A stretch of 64,000 nt of DNA from Octopus sinensis (GCF_006345805.1 NC_043004.1:77190001-77254000), one strand, 5' to 3'; numbered from the stretch's first letter, positions 1-24,466 are shown. The notes: generated by a model not told the origin, from the sequence alone. A program made the numbers and translations.

Positions 1-27
1 TATTCTTTGTAAGCCAAGTATTTGTTT

Positions 28-645
28 TACCGTTTAAATTGGAATGAGACATTAGATGGTATAACTGGTATGCGAGGAATTAAGACGATGTCACCTTTAC
101 CAAAACCAGTGAGAATATTTGCCTCAATGTTGTTTCCGATAAGTTTCTGCACAATTGCATAATTTTGGTTGAGACAAATAACGCGATAGCATAATAGGAG
201 TCCCTTGTTTCAGCTGAAGACAATGAAGAGCTGAAACTGGTGGTTCTAGTGAGTTCAAAAATTCGATAAGATAGTTAACACTATCCTGATCATCAACAAC
301 ACTGTCAATTGAATATTTCTCCTGAAAGCTTATTCGAAAGCAGATTATTAATACTATGTACTGCAACATTTTTTGGAGCCAGGATATCTCGCTCACAGAT
401 CTAATCTGTATTGTAAATATGAAGAAGACTAGGAAATATTTCATCCACCAAATCAGCGACGGAATGAGTTGAATTGGATTGAGTAAGAAACTGTTCTTCA
501 TCAATTGGATGTCTCCCTCCGCCGAAAAAGGAGGAGAGAGAGAAAGAAAGCAAGGGAAAATAGACAGAGAGAGAAGAAAGAAAATCATAGAGATGGTGTC
601 TGGTTTTAGTTTCACTTAGTGCAACAAAAAGACAGACAAAATCTC

Positions 646-690
<45 letters not shown>
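28..690 (-). mobile_element. Helitron remnant with frameshifted PIF1-like helicase fragment
   Basis: [46 protein letters not shown] and [27 protein letters not shown] in different frames; TC(TA)n..GTCTGTC 5'-like end near 690. Confidence 0.85.
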
Positions 691-722
<32 letters not shown>

Positions 723-2130
723 CATTATGTATAGCAATTGAAATGATAACCGTTATGGGAAGAAAAATTATTAATGTTAATGACAATTCTTGAGATAACT
801 CCGAAACTTAAACTAATTGAAAAATAAAATGGAGATACATACTGAGAAGTTACTGTTATCTTTTGCAAGATCTTTATTTACATTAATTTCAGTTGGTTAA
901 ATATATTCTTAGTTCACAGCATTAGATATGTTATCCGATACTATATTCTGTATCTGCGTGTGAGTGTGTTTATGATTATATATATATATATATCGTTATT
1001 AATCCAAACAGTTGGTAGCATGGAAGGAGAGCGGATGAAAATGCGCAGAGAAAGTATTTAGATTTAAAAATATATGAATACACATGATTCATTTCACATT
1101 TGATTTTCAAAAGTAAATGCTGTATAGAGCTCTGTCGCAAATGTTCCTTTTCTGGCCGATGTTATGAGTTGCTTTTCCATCTAGATTTACCTCCAGCTAA
1201 CCCATTTACATACATCGTTTTTGTCCTACCTTTCTTCCGTCAACCTGTACATAACTGCACCTTCCATTTTTTGTTCACGTCGTTACGCTCTCTTTGTAGA
1301 ATATTCTTGTGTCTGCCCAGTTCAAAGCAGACATTTTATTTTGCTACGCTGGCAGCCGATGCGAAGTGAACATTTTTCTCCGCGTTTTCTTTTTTTCCGC
1401 TTTGTTCTGGTTTCTTCTGTCTTTCCTTTTCTCTTATTCCACGTTCCACGCCGTCTTGTTCTAGAGAACGCAAGTTATTCATGTTGCACTCAAAAAACTT
1501 TTCACGTTGAAATTCTACCTTCCCCCTTCCAGGAAGGGGGAATGTGTCGCTTGTCTGCGACACGGCAAAAATTCAATACTTTTTACACAAAGCAAATTCA
1601 ATTAGAAATAAATTCTAGCACATTAAACATGTACACTTACTTCAGACTTAATTTTTCACCTCCGCTTCCAAAATTCTTTACACTGCCATTGCTGAGCACG
1701 TGGAGATATTTGCTAGCCGTTTCGCACAAACCTTCCAGTACAAACGAGAAGGCTAAACCACGATCATTTTATTGAAACCACAAGGGTTAAACAAATAGGA
1801 GACAATACGAGGGACAACGAAATGTCATTATTATTTTTTTTTTTTAGTATCTTTTTCGCTTGGGCCTTATCCCAAAGTGTTCGGTCTGTTTCCGTTTTCT
1901 CATGCTGGTTCTACGGGACTCCATTACTTTCGGTGCTGGGACATCGCATACATAAAAAAAATACTTCCATAGGAATTTTACTCCGTTCTTCGGTGTCTCT
2001 TCTTTAGCCGATTTATGTATCTCCTACGTTCCCAGCGTGGTCCTTTAATTTGATACAGCATTCTTCCTATTATTTTGGTTATAAGGCCATTCAATGGAGC
2101 TCTTAATTTGGACATGTTAGGAATGTAGTT

Positions 2131-2390
2131 GAATCTTTTCACTTTGACCGGAAGATTTAAAAAATAATTTCTTTGTAACTTAACACTTTTAAACTTCGTA
2201 TAGTGGTAGAATGTGTTACATAAAACATCTTTTTCTCTTGGCGTTCTTGAGAAAATTCTGTAGTTTGAAAGCTATTTCTTGTTTAATTTCTCGTAATTCG
2301 GCAATTTCAACCAATCAATGACATCTATTGAGGTGAATATAATTACTGCAGTTGTTTGTCAACAAGTTCAACAAGAACTTCCAGCGGTGT
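2131..2390 (+). mobile_element. Diverged partial copy of the MITE at 9110-9551
   Basis: Shares gaatcttttc..cacttttaaacttcgta..ggtagaatgtgtt..gagaaaattct..caatttcaaccaatca. Confidence 0.75.
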
Positions 2391-4164
2391 CTATTTAGTT
2401 TGTCATTGTTATCTATTTCATATCAGTTATGTTCGTATGAATAAAAGATTATCGTTATTAAACTTTTATTGATGGTAATTCAATAGTTTCTTGGAAACAA
2501 CTCTTACTCGACTTTTGGGGCAATATAAAGTTACAGTAGCGTTCATGCTCGACGGGAGCTACCTTGCGTAGTAATAGCCTCACTTTCTCCTCATCCGACC
2601 ATGACTTTCAATCTTTGTTAAAAACTTCCTCGTACGTAGGAAACGTAATACCCTCTTCCAGATTATAAGTGAATTTAGAAATCGAGTTTGCCACGCCGTC
2701 TGGCGTAAACGAACTTGCCGAATTTTCTGACTTTCTTGTCTGTAACTCAATTAACCGTTAATGTTGTTGTTGTTATTGATGTAATATTTGCTTCTGCAAC
2801 TTCTGTAGCTGTTCCTCTTGCTTCTTTTGAATTTGTATTACTGCAGCTAATAGTTTCTCCATAATTTAACAATCTGTATGACGCACACACTTTCAAATAA
2901 CCTACGTGAGCTTCGAAAAATCCTTGTCGTCCAAATGTGATATCCTTACGCCTCCAATATCGTAGTATGTTTATTGTCGACGATAGATAAAGGATACGCC
3001 GTAACAGTGTTATAACAATACAAAATAGAAACAGCGGCAGTAACAAACATGTAACGAACCAACTATCAATATTTCCAGCACACTAACTCGAAATGTACCT
3101 TCATAGTGATTGCCGCCTCCTTGAACTTCCTCGTTATCAATAGCATTTTTGACTCTCCGCCCATGACCTCTCATATGACTCTTCGGTTCTGTTTGCATAT
3201 CTGCATAGCTTGAAGCGTAGGTAAAAGATGTAGCTTACTATGCGCTTCCAATTATTTGGATCAGCACACGTCGCCACTCTTACTTTGCCGTAGGACTTTT
3301 AGTAATGACAGACGAAGTTACAATATAGAGACATTTGGACATCTTTAGATTATAGTGATAAACTCTTGTGCAACACTTGTACCACTGTCTGAGTCTCCGT
3401 GATTAGTACCTAGTGACAGGCTGAAGTGAAATGACCAGTAGTCACATGAAACACCAGGTTTCACATAGAGATATCCCTCTCCTGGAAGGATGCTGTGACA
3501 ATAAGTAGAAGCGCCTCATTCCTGATGGTTTTACTGCGAGCCCTGACGCCAAATAAGGATACTTCCACATCCCTACCCTCAGATGGATTTTCATCACATG
3601 CTAGTTAACCCATACCCGATACAGATACCACTGCTCCGGGTCAGAGCAGACCTGGGAACAATAGTGTCTGAGAGGTGGTTCCACACTTCTCAAAAACCTG
3701 GAACCTGAACCAGAGCCCCACTATCGGATGCAGTTTACAACCATACACTGGACGGACGCACACACACACTCACACTCACACACACACACACACAAACACA
3801 TATATATATATAATTATGCATTAAATTAACTATCATTTGATGCTAACTACAAATGTTACCAAATATTCCATTACTTTGTAGCTATTTAGTATAAAGAGAC
3901 ACGTCTTTCTGTTTATCATACACCTGTATTACGAACTCCAAGCAGCAATACAAGTCGTGTTTGCTGTAGGGATTTGATTACAAATGTGCTATTATCTTTG
4001 TTCCTTAGTTAAGAACTCTTGAATAATTAGCTTTTATGAGTATTCATGCGTATAAGTATATATGTATATATTCATCTCTATATCTGTATACATATGCATA
4101 TATGTGTGTGATTGTATATATTGTTTGTATTAAAAACACATGTATTTATTTCCGGTTTTATATA

Positions 4165-4246
4165 TGCATGTATGTATGTATGTATGTATGTATGTATGTA
4201 TGTATGTGTGTATGTATGTATGTATGTATGTATGTGTGTATGTATG

Positions 4247-4276
<30 letters not shown>
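4165..4276. repeat. (TATG)n microsatellite
   Basis: direct reading. Confidence 0.95.
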
Positions 4277-4279
<3 letters not shown>

Positions 4280-4634
4280 GCATGCATCATGCATGCGTTT
4301 CTATGCACGTGTAGCATTTTCCTATCATTATCTCCTCCGTTCCACAACGTTTTCTATCCTGGTGGTGCCACATTTTCCTCGTTATCTTTTCTCCTTCTTT
4401 ACCTCATCATTTCGCCTCTTCCTTTCCCTAATTCTAACTTATGTTCCCTTCAACACCATTTGGTATTCCTATTTCTCTCCGACGAGTAGCTGTATCTTAA
4501 ACGTAAGATATTTTTCTTCCTCGAAACATAAAAGTTATTCTATTACTTAAATTATGTGCACTTACAGAAGAATTTACAATATATCGTTTTAGTAAGAACA
4601 AAATTCGAGCATTTTCAAAATAAAATTAACTTAC

Positions 4635-14490
<9,856 letters not shown>

Positions 14491-14872
14491 GTTAAGATTA
14501 ATGTCTGAAACGAAATATTTCCTTTTGCTAAATTCAGCGAGTGCAAAACTCTCTTAGAAATGAACAGGTTTGATTTGGCTGTTGAATACGGATCGATTGA
14601 GGTTAGAATTTGGCATTAACAGTTTTATAAAAGTAACTACGAGAAAACATATTGAATAGCTAAAATTTGAGGCTAGCTGTCGGAAGTACTAACATCCTTC
14701 ATGTTGCTGTTGACTGATTAAGTTCTGTTGTCAACATGTGTGGGAAATGTTGAAGTAGTACTTAAGCAAATAACTTCAACGAAACTAAACTTTTGTATAA
14801 GTACTGATCCACAGATATCTCCCTTAACAAACTTTCGACTGTCTTTAAATAAAAACAATGTTTTAAGAATTA

Positions 14873-15655
14873 ATAAAATTAAGAATATTTTATCGGCTGC
14901 TAAGCATTTTACGCGGCGTGGTAACGACTTTGCCAGCTCGCCGCCCTTTTGGTTCTTAATATTAATCAAAGATAGGGCGGTGAGCTGGCAGAACCGTTAG
15001 CACACCGGGCAAAATACTTAGAAGCATTTAATCCATCTTCACGTTCTGCGTTCTAATGCCGCCGGGGGCAACTTTGCTTTTCAGCCTTTCGGGGTCGATA
15101 AAATATGTACCACTTGAAAACTGAGGTGGAAGAAATCAACTTAACTCCTCGAAAGTGCTGGTCTTGTGCCAAAATTTAAAATCATTATTAATCAGAGATA
15201 AGGCAACGACCTGGCAGAATCGTCAACACGCCGGGAAAAGTAATTAGCGGCATTTTGTCTGTCTTTACGTTCTGAGTTCAAATTCCACCGAGATCGACTT
15301 TGCCTTTCATCCTTTCGGGGTCGATAAAATATGTACCAGTTGAAAACTGGGGTGGAAAAAATCGACCTAACTCCTCCTCGAACGTGCTAGTCTTGTGCCA
15401 AAATTTGAAATCAATATTAATCAGAGATAAGGCAACGACCTGGCAGAATCGTCAGCACACTGAACAAAATGCTTAGCGGCATTTCGTCTGTCTTTACGTT
15501 CTGAGTTCAAATTCCGCCGAGGTCGACTTTGCCTTTCATCCCTTTGTGATAAAAAAAAATACCAGTTGACCACTGGAGGTCGACGTAATCGACTTACCCA
15601 CTCCCCCGAAATTGCTGGCCTTATGCCAAAATTTGAGATTAATGAAGTAATCAGA
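14873..15655. mobile_element. SINE cluster: one inverted head (14873-14948) plus three tandem + strand units
   Basis: ggcggcgagctggcagaa..ttctgagttcaaattccgccgaggtcgactttgcc family, period about 230 bp. Confidence 0.85.
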
Positions 15656-16361
15656 GATTGACGAAATAGAAAATTAGCACTAACCGGATTTGAATTCAGA
15701 GTCTACCAATTCATAGCTAAACTTATGAAATTTAACCTTAGCACTAGATTTCAATTATCACGGGTACAATGCCAATAGATTAATGCCAACTCAGAGCTTG
15801 ACTATCATTTACTTTATCAGCCCCGTCACGAATTAAAGATCGATCCAGGCATTTAACGGAATACATTGAAAACAATTATGCCTCGGTTCCTTTTCTACCA
15901 AAAATGTTTTTGTTTTTGTTTTGTTTTTCTCATAGAAACTTTATTAATTTTAAATTAAAATTTTCTTTATTTCATATTTGTTATGATTGATTTACAGATG
16001 AAAGTGGTTTAATTAGGAAAGAAGTCACAATTACATTTTACTTAGCTCTCAGATTGGTTTCATATATCTGCACAAAACTGTTTTCTTTCAAAGGAGTTTC
16101 AGTACAACTTTCTAAATTTACTCTTACTAAAATCCGTCATAAAACTCCACCTTTTTATAAAAGTTGTATTAGAAATTTACTAGCAAACGCTAGCTTATAG
16201 CATATGAAATATACGTTGGGAAACAACTACAACCGGAAATCGAAACTGGATCGCGGATATCATTTGCATCGCTGGGAGTTTTCTTGAAATACATGGTGCT
16301 CGTCAAAAGTTAAAACACACACACTAACACACTCTCACTCTCTCTTTCTTTATCGCTCTCC

Positions 16362-16399
<38 letters not shown>

Positions 16400-17069
16400 T
16401 ACACCACACACACACACACTTATAATCGTTTCCGCAAGGAAATATTTCAAGATGTTAACCTTTAGCCGAACATTCCGATGGCTAATGAATTCTGTTGTCA
16501 TAAGGTTGCGATAAACAACCGACCGGATATAATGAATATGTTGAGAAAGTTATCGACCGTTCGCAGTCAGGGCTCGCCCTGTTTAAGAACAACTTATAGA
16601 GTGAAAAATAATTTAAATTAATTATCCGGTAGAGACTCTAAGCAATAAAATTTACTTCTATTGAGGCTATTCTATCTCCGAAATATTTAGACAATTTTCT
16701 TTATTTGTACTTGATTTATATATCATTGTTATGTGCAACAGTTTATTATCACATATCTTAAACAACTAGTTCATAATACTTATTTGTTCATTTGTGTTAA
16801 ACATTGACAAATAAAGGAAATACTAAGAAAAATCAAAGCGTGGAAGTTGTGTGCATTTACTTTCCCTTGCACTGCTAACGTTCCCATAGTGACAACAAAC
16901 TTTTTAATCTCTTCTGAAAACTTAAAACTTGAGTCTCGTCATGCTACAAATATGACCAAATATATAGTTTCATTTTGTTTCGTTTGTTTTTTACTTGCAG
17001 TTTGTACTTTTTTTTACTAACTGAGTCAAGAGAAAGGGACAGTGCTTGTGATCTTTGTAGGTCTTCAAA

Positions 17070-17320
17070 GATCGGTGCGCTTCATGCTGTCAAAGTCCCG
17101 TTTAAAGTGTTGTAGGTCAACATCTGCAGGAAAGACACAAGAACGAAGATAATTCCAGAGAATCAATGTTCTGAGGAAGAAGGACTGAGAACAACGGTTA
17201 ATGAGGAGTCAGAAGAGTGGACCTAATAGGGTTGAAAAGATATGGATAGATAACTGGATGAGGTTACCTCAATGGAGGATATACGAGACCAACCATTCAT
17301 TTTAGTTTTATTCTTACCAG
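17070..17320 (-). mobile_element. CR1/L2-like LINE 3' fragment
   Basis: SFFLRTLILWNYL..VFPADVDLQHFK resembles the C-terminus of CR1/L2 ORF2. Confidence 0.5.
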
Positions 17321-17589
17321 TGAGAATTGCATGTTGTTGATGCCATAAAACTTTAGAAACTGGAACGGTGAAACATGAAGAAGGTGGTACAAATAAAGTT
17401 TCGGTAGAACGCTTGTTGTATTTACAGGAGTTGTGGGTTCGAGTCCTACAGGAAGCTTTCAACTTAATCTATCCAAATAGCTTTTAAGCCAGTTTTTACA
17501 CCCTATTATCTACAGCTTCATCTGCTTCAAGGCGATTTATTTCTTGTTGTATCGAAGTTTCTAATTACTTATAATGTCAACTATATAAT

Positions 17590-17728
17590 TGCGGCTGTAT
17601 GTTAAGAATCACATAGCCCCTGGTTCAGTCCCACTGCGTGGCACCTTGGGCAAGTGTCTACTACTATAGCCTCTGGTTCGACTAAAGCCTTATGAGTGTA
17701 TTTGGTAGACGGAAAATAGAAGCCTGTC

Positions 17729-17776
<48 letters not shown>

Positions 17777-19445
17777 ATACAAATGGTATTGCGATGGAAA
17801 CGAAAACAGCACCTGTCCTTGCGAACTTAATAATGGGTTTCTTTGAATCTACCCTATACGAACTTTCGCTCCAAAAATTTGGACCCCCATTCCACCAGTA
17901 TATAAGAGAAAACTGGAAAAGGTGCCTAGATGATTGTTCTATCATCTGGAATGAAACCTATGATAAACTCCTGGATTTCAAATCCACACTCAACAATATT
18001 ACCTCCAATACTCAATTTACAATGGAATATAGCAAGAAACAGCTTCCATTTCTAGACATTTTGCTTATAAAAAAAATCCAACAACCAAATTGCAACTGAC
18101 ATCTACTACAAACCAACAGACTCAAAACAGTATCTCCTTTTCAGTTCATGCCATCCTTAATACACCAAAATAAATATCCCATTCAAACTAGCTAAAAGGA
18201 TCTGTACAATTGTATCTGACACAACCACTCGGGAACATCGCCTACAAGACCTCAAAATAACACTCATTGAACGTCAATACCCACCCGCACTTATAGACCA
18301 TGGAATTGAACGTGCCAAGAAATTGGACACAAACGCACTACGAACAACAAAACAAAACAACACATCTCACTACTTTAAATCACTCTCATACATATCAACC
18401 GACAACCCCAGAAACAATGAAGCATAAAATACAATTATAAAAAATCTCTTTCTGCTCACTCAAGACCCGAAAACGAACAACATTCTAAATACACATAAAT
18501 TCCTCAAGTGCAAAAGACAACAGAAATCACTCAAGAGACTCTTAACAATTGCAAAACTGCACTCAACACATACGACACCAACAGTTCAAAAATGCGGATG
18601 ACCTAATTTTGGTACATGCCCATACCTAACTGAAGGCTCGGAATTCACATTCCAGCAAGGAGAAAGATTCTCTATTAATTTCACATGTGCTTCCCAGAAC
18701 CTTATCTATGTCCTAACCTGCTCAGGTTGTGGCCACAATTATGTGGGCCGAACGAGCCTTACTTTGAGACGCAGAGTTGCGCTGCATAAAGAACAGATTC
18801 GTTTCTCCCTATACAGGCAGATAGCCCTGAGCGAATATATCGACAGATGCGCAAGAAATAAAACGCCGAATTTCCATATCTTTCCAATGCAAAGATTCAA
18901 TCTCCTTACAAGAACGCCTAAACAAGGAAAACCTGTTGATACAAAAGTACAGACCACACCTTAATATACAAACTTGACCACTTCAAACATTATACTGAGG
19001 AGTTAGTTGTCCCCCTTACCACCTGTTACCTCCCTTGGTCCACTCTCTAGACTCATTCTTATTTTTCAAGCATCCAAAATGGCAAGACCCCTTTGTCACA
19101 AGAATTTATTACTTCACAATGTCCCTTGAAAAGCTAATTTAAATGACGAAAACAGGTTGGATATCACTACATCCATAAAATATGTATATATTTTTTTTTA
19201 ATTTCTTTATAAAAAGATTTTAAACTATGTGAAACGAAGGCATTTCTCTTCCACTTTTTATATATGTTTCCCACATATTTTGAACCTATATGTGTGTGTG
19301 TGTGTGTGTCCGCTACCATCGTTTGACAAGCGATGTTGGTGTGTTTGCGTCCCCGTAACGTAGCGGTTCGGCAAAAGATACCAATAGAATAAGTACTAGG
19401 TTTGCCAGGAATAAGTTCTGGGGTCGATTTGTTCGACTAAAAAGC
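17590..19445 (+). mobile_element. tRNA/CORE-like SINE split by a Penelope insertion
   Basis: 5' half 17590-17775 and 3' half 19290-19445 match the intact copy at 36925-37320. Confidence 0.8.
17780..18970 (+). mobile_element. Penelope-like element remnant (RT + GIY-YIG endonuclease)
   Basis: GIAMETKTAPVLANL, WKRCLDD, FTME..LPFLDI, IYYKPTDSKQYLLFSSCHP, NLIYVLTCSGCGHNYVGRT; stops and frameshifts. Confidence 0.9.
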
Positions 19446-19663
19446 ATACATATACAGACAGACAGACAAACAGGCAGAGACATGAGGGAGGAAGGGAGCT
19501 AGAGAGTGAGAGAGTAAATATATTTAAATGTGTGTTTAATAAACATATTTACTCTCACAACAGAGTAAGTAAACAATATTTGAACTACAGAGGTCTCTGT
19601 CTTTCTCTCTCTCTCCTTCGCGCATGCGCTCTATCTCTTTCTCTCTCACTCTCTTTATGTTTT

Positions 19664-19696
<33 letters not shown>

Positions 19697-20149
19697 TCCC
19701 CTATTCTCTCTTTTTCTCTTTCTATCCCTATCTCTCTGTCTCCTCTCTGGAACAATTTAAGCAGAGCTTGACTACTTTCAGATGATTATTGCTGGCTCAT
19801 CCCAGAATGGCGGCGTCGTTTGTTCTCCTGAATCTAAAAGCATGAAAAATACTGAGCCACATACACTGACTTCTTCCTCGTGTGTCATATATATCTATCG
19901 ACAAAACTATTGTTTATGGATAAATTGTTTATAAGTATGCATGAGTGCGTTTAATAAATATAAGTTTAGTCTCTCTTTATTGAGAGAGCCATGGTGTTCT
20001 TTTTCTGCAAACCGAACTGAACATGAACTCGAAGAGTTCGCTTAGTTATTACTGGATACTCGGTACTATCAACTCAGTTCGTTCCACGGTTGGAGAAAAC
20101 AGATAACAAAGATGACACTGAATGTAGGTTAACAAAGACTTCAGACGCT

Positions 20150-20525
20150 TCAATAGATCTAAACTTGTGCTCTTACAAGCCCTATCAAAAACTCAATATA
20201 CAGAAGGAATCTTATCAAACACACCCTTTTAGTATTTAAAAACGTTATAGCTAATATCAATAATAGAATATCTAATCTCGCTTCCTTTAGGGAAATATTC
20301 GATAAGGAACCCATCCCCACCGCTATAATAACGCCGATCGAAAAGTGGCCTCAAAAGAGAAGATAGTTTCAACCTTGTCATAAAAAAGTAAGAAGTCTAC
20401 AAACAAAACTAAGAAGATTATATGGTTTGCCTCCTCCCCAACACACACACCTTTTTCTTTGAATGTTAAAACAAAAATACATAGAAAATTCCTCCACTTG
20501 ATAGATAAGCACTTCCGAGATAGTT
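20150..20525 (+). mobile_element. Degenerate Penelope-like fragment of a second family
   Basis: KIIWF....FSLNVKTKIHRKFLHLIDKHF motif. Confidence 0.55.
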
Positions 20526-20838
20526 ATCAGTCATTTAGTTCTACATAATAATGAAACTCAAAACAAAAAGTATATTAGTCTTTATGAAAACATTTAAATT
20601 TGACAACCACCAGTTTTTTTCCCGACACGTAGACAAAAAAGAAACCACTAATTTAGTAAGCGATGTAACGCTAGTTAATTTTGTGTGGAGCATTGTAGAA
20701 CGATCCCGTTATATGCTAATGGATAAAGAATATGCAGGCTTTGTATAGCCGAAAGAGCTCGTGTCATTTTTTAAATCTATGAACTCCACCGACCTACGAA
20801 ATTCTACATTCAAACTCTTATCACCGAACTGGAGAATA

Positions 20839-20883
<45 letters not shown>

Positions 20884-20955
20884 TATTTAGGTGCATTTTC
20901 AACAACACATTTTCATATATTTTTTCCTGCGTGGAAACACCACCTCCTCTTTTGT

Positions 20956-20997
<42 letters not shown>

Positions 20998-20998
<1 letters not shown>

Positions 20999-21190
20999 AG
21001 GCGCAATGGCCCAGTGGTTAGGGCAGCGGACTTGCGGTCGTAGGATCGCAGTTTCGATTCCCAGACCCGGCGTTCTGAGTGTTTATTGAGCAAAAACACC
21101 TAAAGCTCCACGAGGCTCCGGCAGGGTGTAATGGCGATCCCTGCTATACTCTTTCGCCACAACTTTGTATCACTCTTTCTTCTGTTGGCC
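20998..21190 (+). mobile_element. tRNA-derived SINE (same family as 45577-45874)
   Basis: A box tggcccagtggtta, B box gtttcgattccc, shared body gagcaaaaacacctaaagctccacg. Confidence 0.8.
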
Positions 21191-21214
21191 CGGTCGGTCA
21201 CGGTGATCACGGTG

Positions 21215-21216
<2 letters not shown>

Positions 21217-21245
<29 letters not shown>

Positions 21246-21275
21246 CACACATTTATATACATATATATACATGTG

Positions 21276-21306
<31 letters not shown>

Positions 21307-21327
21307 GTATATATATATGTATATATG

Positions 21328-21414
<87 letters not shown>

Positions 21415-21422
21415 ATATATGT
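21217..21422. repeat. (TA)n/(TG)n compound microsatellite
   Basis: direct reading. Confidence 0.95.
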
Positions 21423-21934
21423 GGGGAATGTAAGAAGAAAAAAGCGAAAATGCACATTGAATATCACAAAAATAGAGGCTTTTTTATGAAAAGTAGCGAT
21501 AAATAAATACAATTAGATGAACTGAGGTAGAATGACAGTATTATATTACAGCATTATATTATATTACAGTATTATATCGACCCTAATTGCGCCACGTCCA
21601 GAAGTACTTACCTCCCTCACACCACCTTTTTACTCAGGGACTAGTAGGCCCAACGCCGTTTGATAATTAGTGCGCATTCAAAGCCACTGAACAGCAATGA
21701 CGACACCGGTTTGACTTTGAATCTTTTTAACAATTCAAAATGATGAATTTAATTCCTCTTAATCCTACTTCAGTTCATCTAGTTGTATTTATTTATCGCT
21801 ACTTTTCATTAAAAAGCCATTATTTATTTTTATATTCAATGTGCATTTTCGCTTTTTTTCTTCTTACTTTTCTCATATCTTTTCCACGTAGTTTCTATTT
21901 TCTTTTTGAAACATATTTCTATTATATATATATA

Positions 21935-22092
21935 TACGACAGGCCTCTCTCCGTCTGCCAAATCCACTAACAAGGCTTAGGTCGGCCCGAGGTTGCAGTA
22001 GAAGACACTTGCTCAAGGTGCCACGCAGTGGAATTGAACCTGAGACCGCGTGGTTGGTAAGCAAGCTACTTACCACACAGCTACCCCTGCGC
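21935..22092 (-). mobile_element. SINE 5' portion (family of 36925-37320)
   Basis: reverse complement of gcgcagg..gctgtgtggtaagtagcttgcttaccaacc..gcaccttgagcaagtgtctt. Confidence 0.85.
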
Positions 22093-22094
22093 GT

Positions 22095-22998
22095 GGTCAT
22101 CCCGTAAATAATGCATGAACTAAAAGTCGGAGACGGACGGGAAAAATTACCTGTATCAACTTACTAGAAATGCGGGTAATAATTTTACCTTGTTTAACCT
22201 TATTCTTAGTGCAATTTTTTGAAGAGTGATTTCAACTGCTATTTTTCCAAAGCTATAATGGAAGTGAAAAAGAGCACATTCGGCATATTTTGCTTTATCA
22301 GTTCAATAAAAGCAACAACGTAACGGAAAGTGCGAGGAATACTTATGCAGTATATGGGGATCGAACAATAAGCGTAAACCAGTGTTAACGGTGGTTTCAA
22401 AAATTCAGAGCCAGAAACTACATCCTATAAGCCAAGCCACGTCCTGGAAAATTTGTAGACCTCGACGAGGACGTCCTAAAAACCCTGGTTGAATAAAATC
22501 CAATCGTGACTGTTGAGGAATTAGCAGAGAACCTTGGATTTGGTCATTCAACTAGTTATTCAAGTCAGCGCTAGAAGAAAAACAACCACTTTTGATTTCA
22601 AGACGAAAGGTCTTCTTACATCTGGATAATGCTCGCCCACATACTGCGAGGATGACATTTCAAAGGCTGGAACAGTTTGAATGGGAAACAATGCCCCACC
22701 CACCATATTTGCCGGACATTGCCCCATCTGATTATCATTAATTCCGCAGTTTTCAAAATCATTTGGGCAGAAAAAATATGAATTCTGTAGACGAAGTCAG
22801 AACAGTATTGAAGGAGTAATTTCCGTCACGGACAAATGAATTTTGGAAGAAGGGACTTGCAAGTCTACCAGATAGATGGAAGAGCTTTGTAGAAAATGAA
22901 GGAGTGTATATTTTAAATTTAAAAAGTAATTTGTTTATCCTAATTTTGAAGAATAAAAGAAGTATTAAGGAATCCCATTATTTATGGGATGACCCAAT
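22095..22998 (+). mobile_element. Degenerate mariner DNA transposon
   Basis: TIRs ggtcatcccgtaaataatg / cattatttatgggatgacccaata; remnants DNARPH, HPPYLPDIAPSDY, FWKKGLASLPDRW. Confidence 0.9.
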
Positions 22999-23859
22999 AT
23001 ATATCAACCACGTGCGTATATAAACAAAATTACATTTGTTTTTTAAAAGTGTAGAATGTGTATCGCACGATACAGAGAAGAAAGTGATATTTCTAACGCA
23101 GTATCACCTTAGAAGGCGGGGAAAAAAGTTGTTAATTGAACCCACATCCCCCAAGACACCGGATGAATGCTTTACCATTAGGCTAAACTGCCCGCTGGGC
23201 TAGCGACTGCTTTACAAAGCTTGTCGTCAGAATTTAAACTCAGAAGATAGTGATGGACGAAATGCCGCTAAGCATTTCCCCCTGCGTGCTAACGATTCTG
23301 CCAGCTCGCCACCGTGAATTGTAATAATGATGCTAATAGCACTTTCCTGGTTTTTTCTCTCCACTTCCTCAAGTAGGGAAAATACGATAGAAAACAGTAG
23401 AGTAAGTTTGATGGCTAGAAAAGGGTGACTTGGTTCCTTAAAGATACAACAATGACCAGCTTCCCTCCCCTTTCCTTACCTTCCTTGATTTCCTGGTTTC
23501 TTCTCTCACTCTCTTCGTCTTTCTTCTTTTCTATTTTTCCTTTTATCCTTCTTTTTTCTCTCTTCGCTCTTCTTTCCATATCTTTGTTACTTTTGCTTTC
23601 ATTTACTCAGGAAGTATTTTGCAAGGATTGGCAATCCCTTATTAAAAACTTGTTATCTCTTTACATAAAACAGACTCGTGTGTGTGTGTGTGGTGTGTGT
23701 GTGTGTGTGTGTGTGTTCGCTTTTCACGCGATAACGACTGCGTGAATTGCTTTCATACTTGGAATACATGAATAGCTTGACCTCGGAAACACAATTGAGT
23801 CTTCAGTTTATTTTTTAAATAAAAATAAGTAATATTGCTCTCTCTCTCTCTCTCTCTCC

Positions 23860-23901
<42 letters not shown>

Positions 23902-24344
23902 GAGTCAGAAGATAAATTCTAATACCTTAATGTTCTTAACATTCAAACCAACACCTCTGTCTATATATCTACCCTCTTTATAATGTTATTAATTAACATG
24001 AAAATAATTATATGTATTGATGGAAAACCTCTATAAACGGCTGATTTTAAAACTGTTGTAATTCTTACAATGTTTAATAAAATAATGTAGCGTGAAACGA
24101 TCGTACCAAATTACCGAAGATATTCTTGTTGCTTATTTTGAATATATACATACATACATACATGCAAAATATTCTATAATTATATACATAATTATATTCA
24201 GGGGGCAGCTAATTGCTTCGCCACGTACCGAAATTAAAATAGACGCTACTTGGTAGAATTAATAATTAATAATCAATTAATTGATTAATTAAATAATTAA
24301 TCTTACACTATATTATATATACATATATCTTACACTATATTATT

Positions 24345-24466
<122 letters not shown>

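Noticed and set aside
1100-1775. Protein-coding gene from ORFs 1221..1775 (+) and 1336..1563 (-)
   Set aside because: No recognisable domain or integrin motif and in-frame stops nearby; possibly a decayed LINE 3' end, not supportable.
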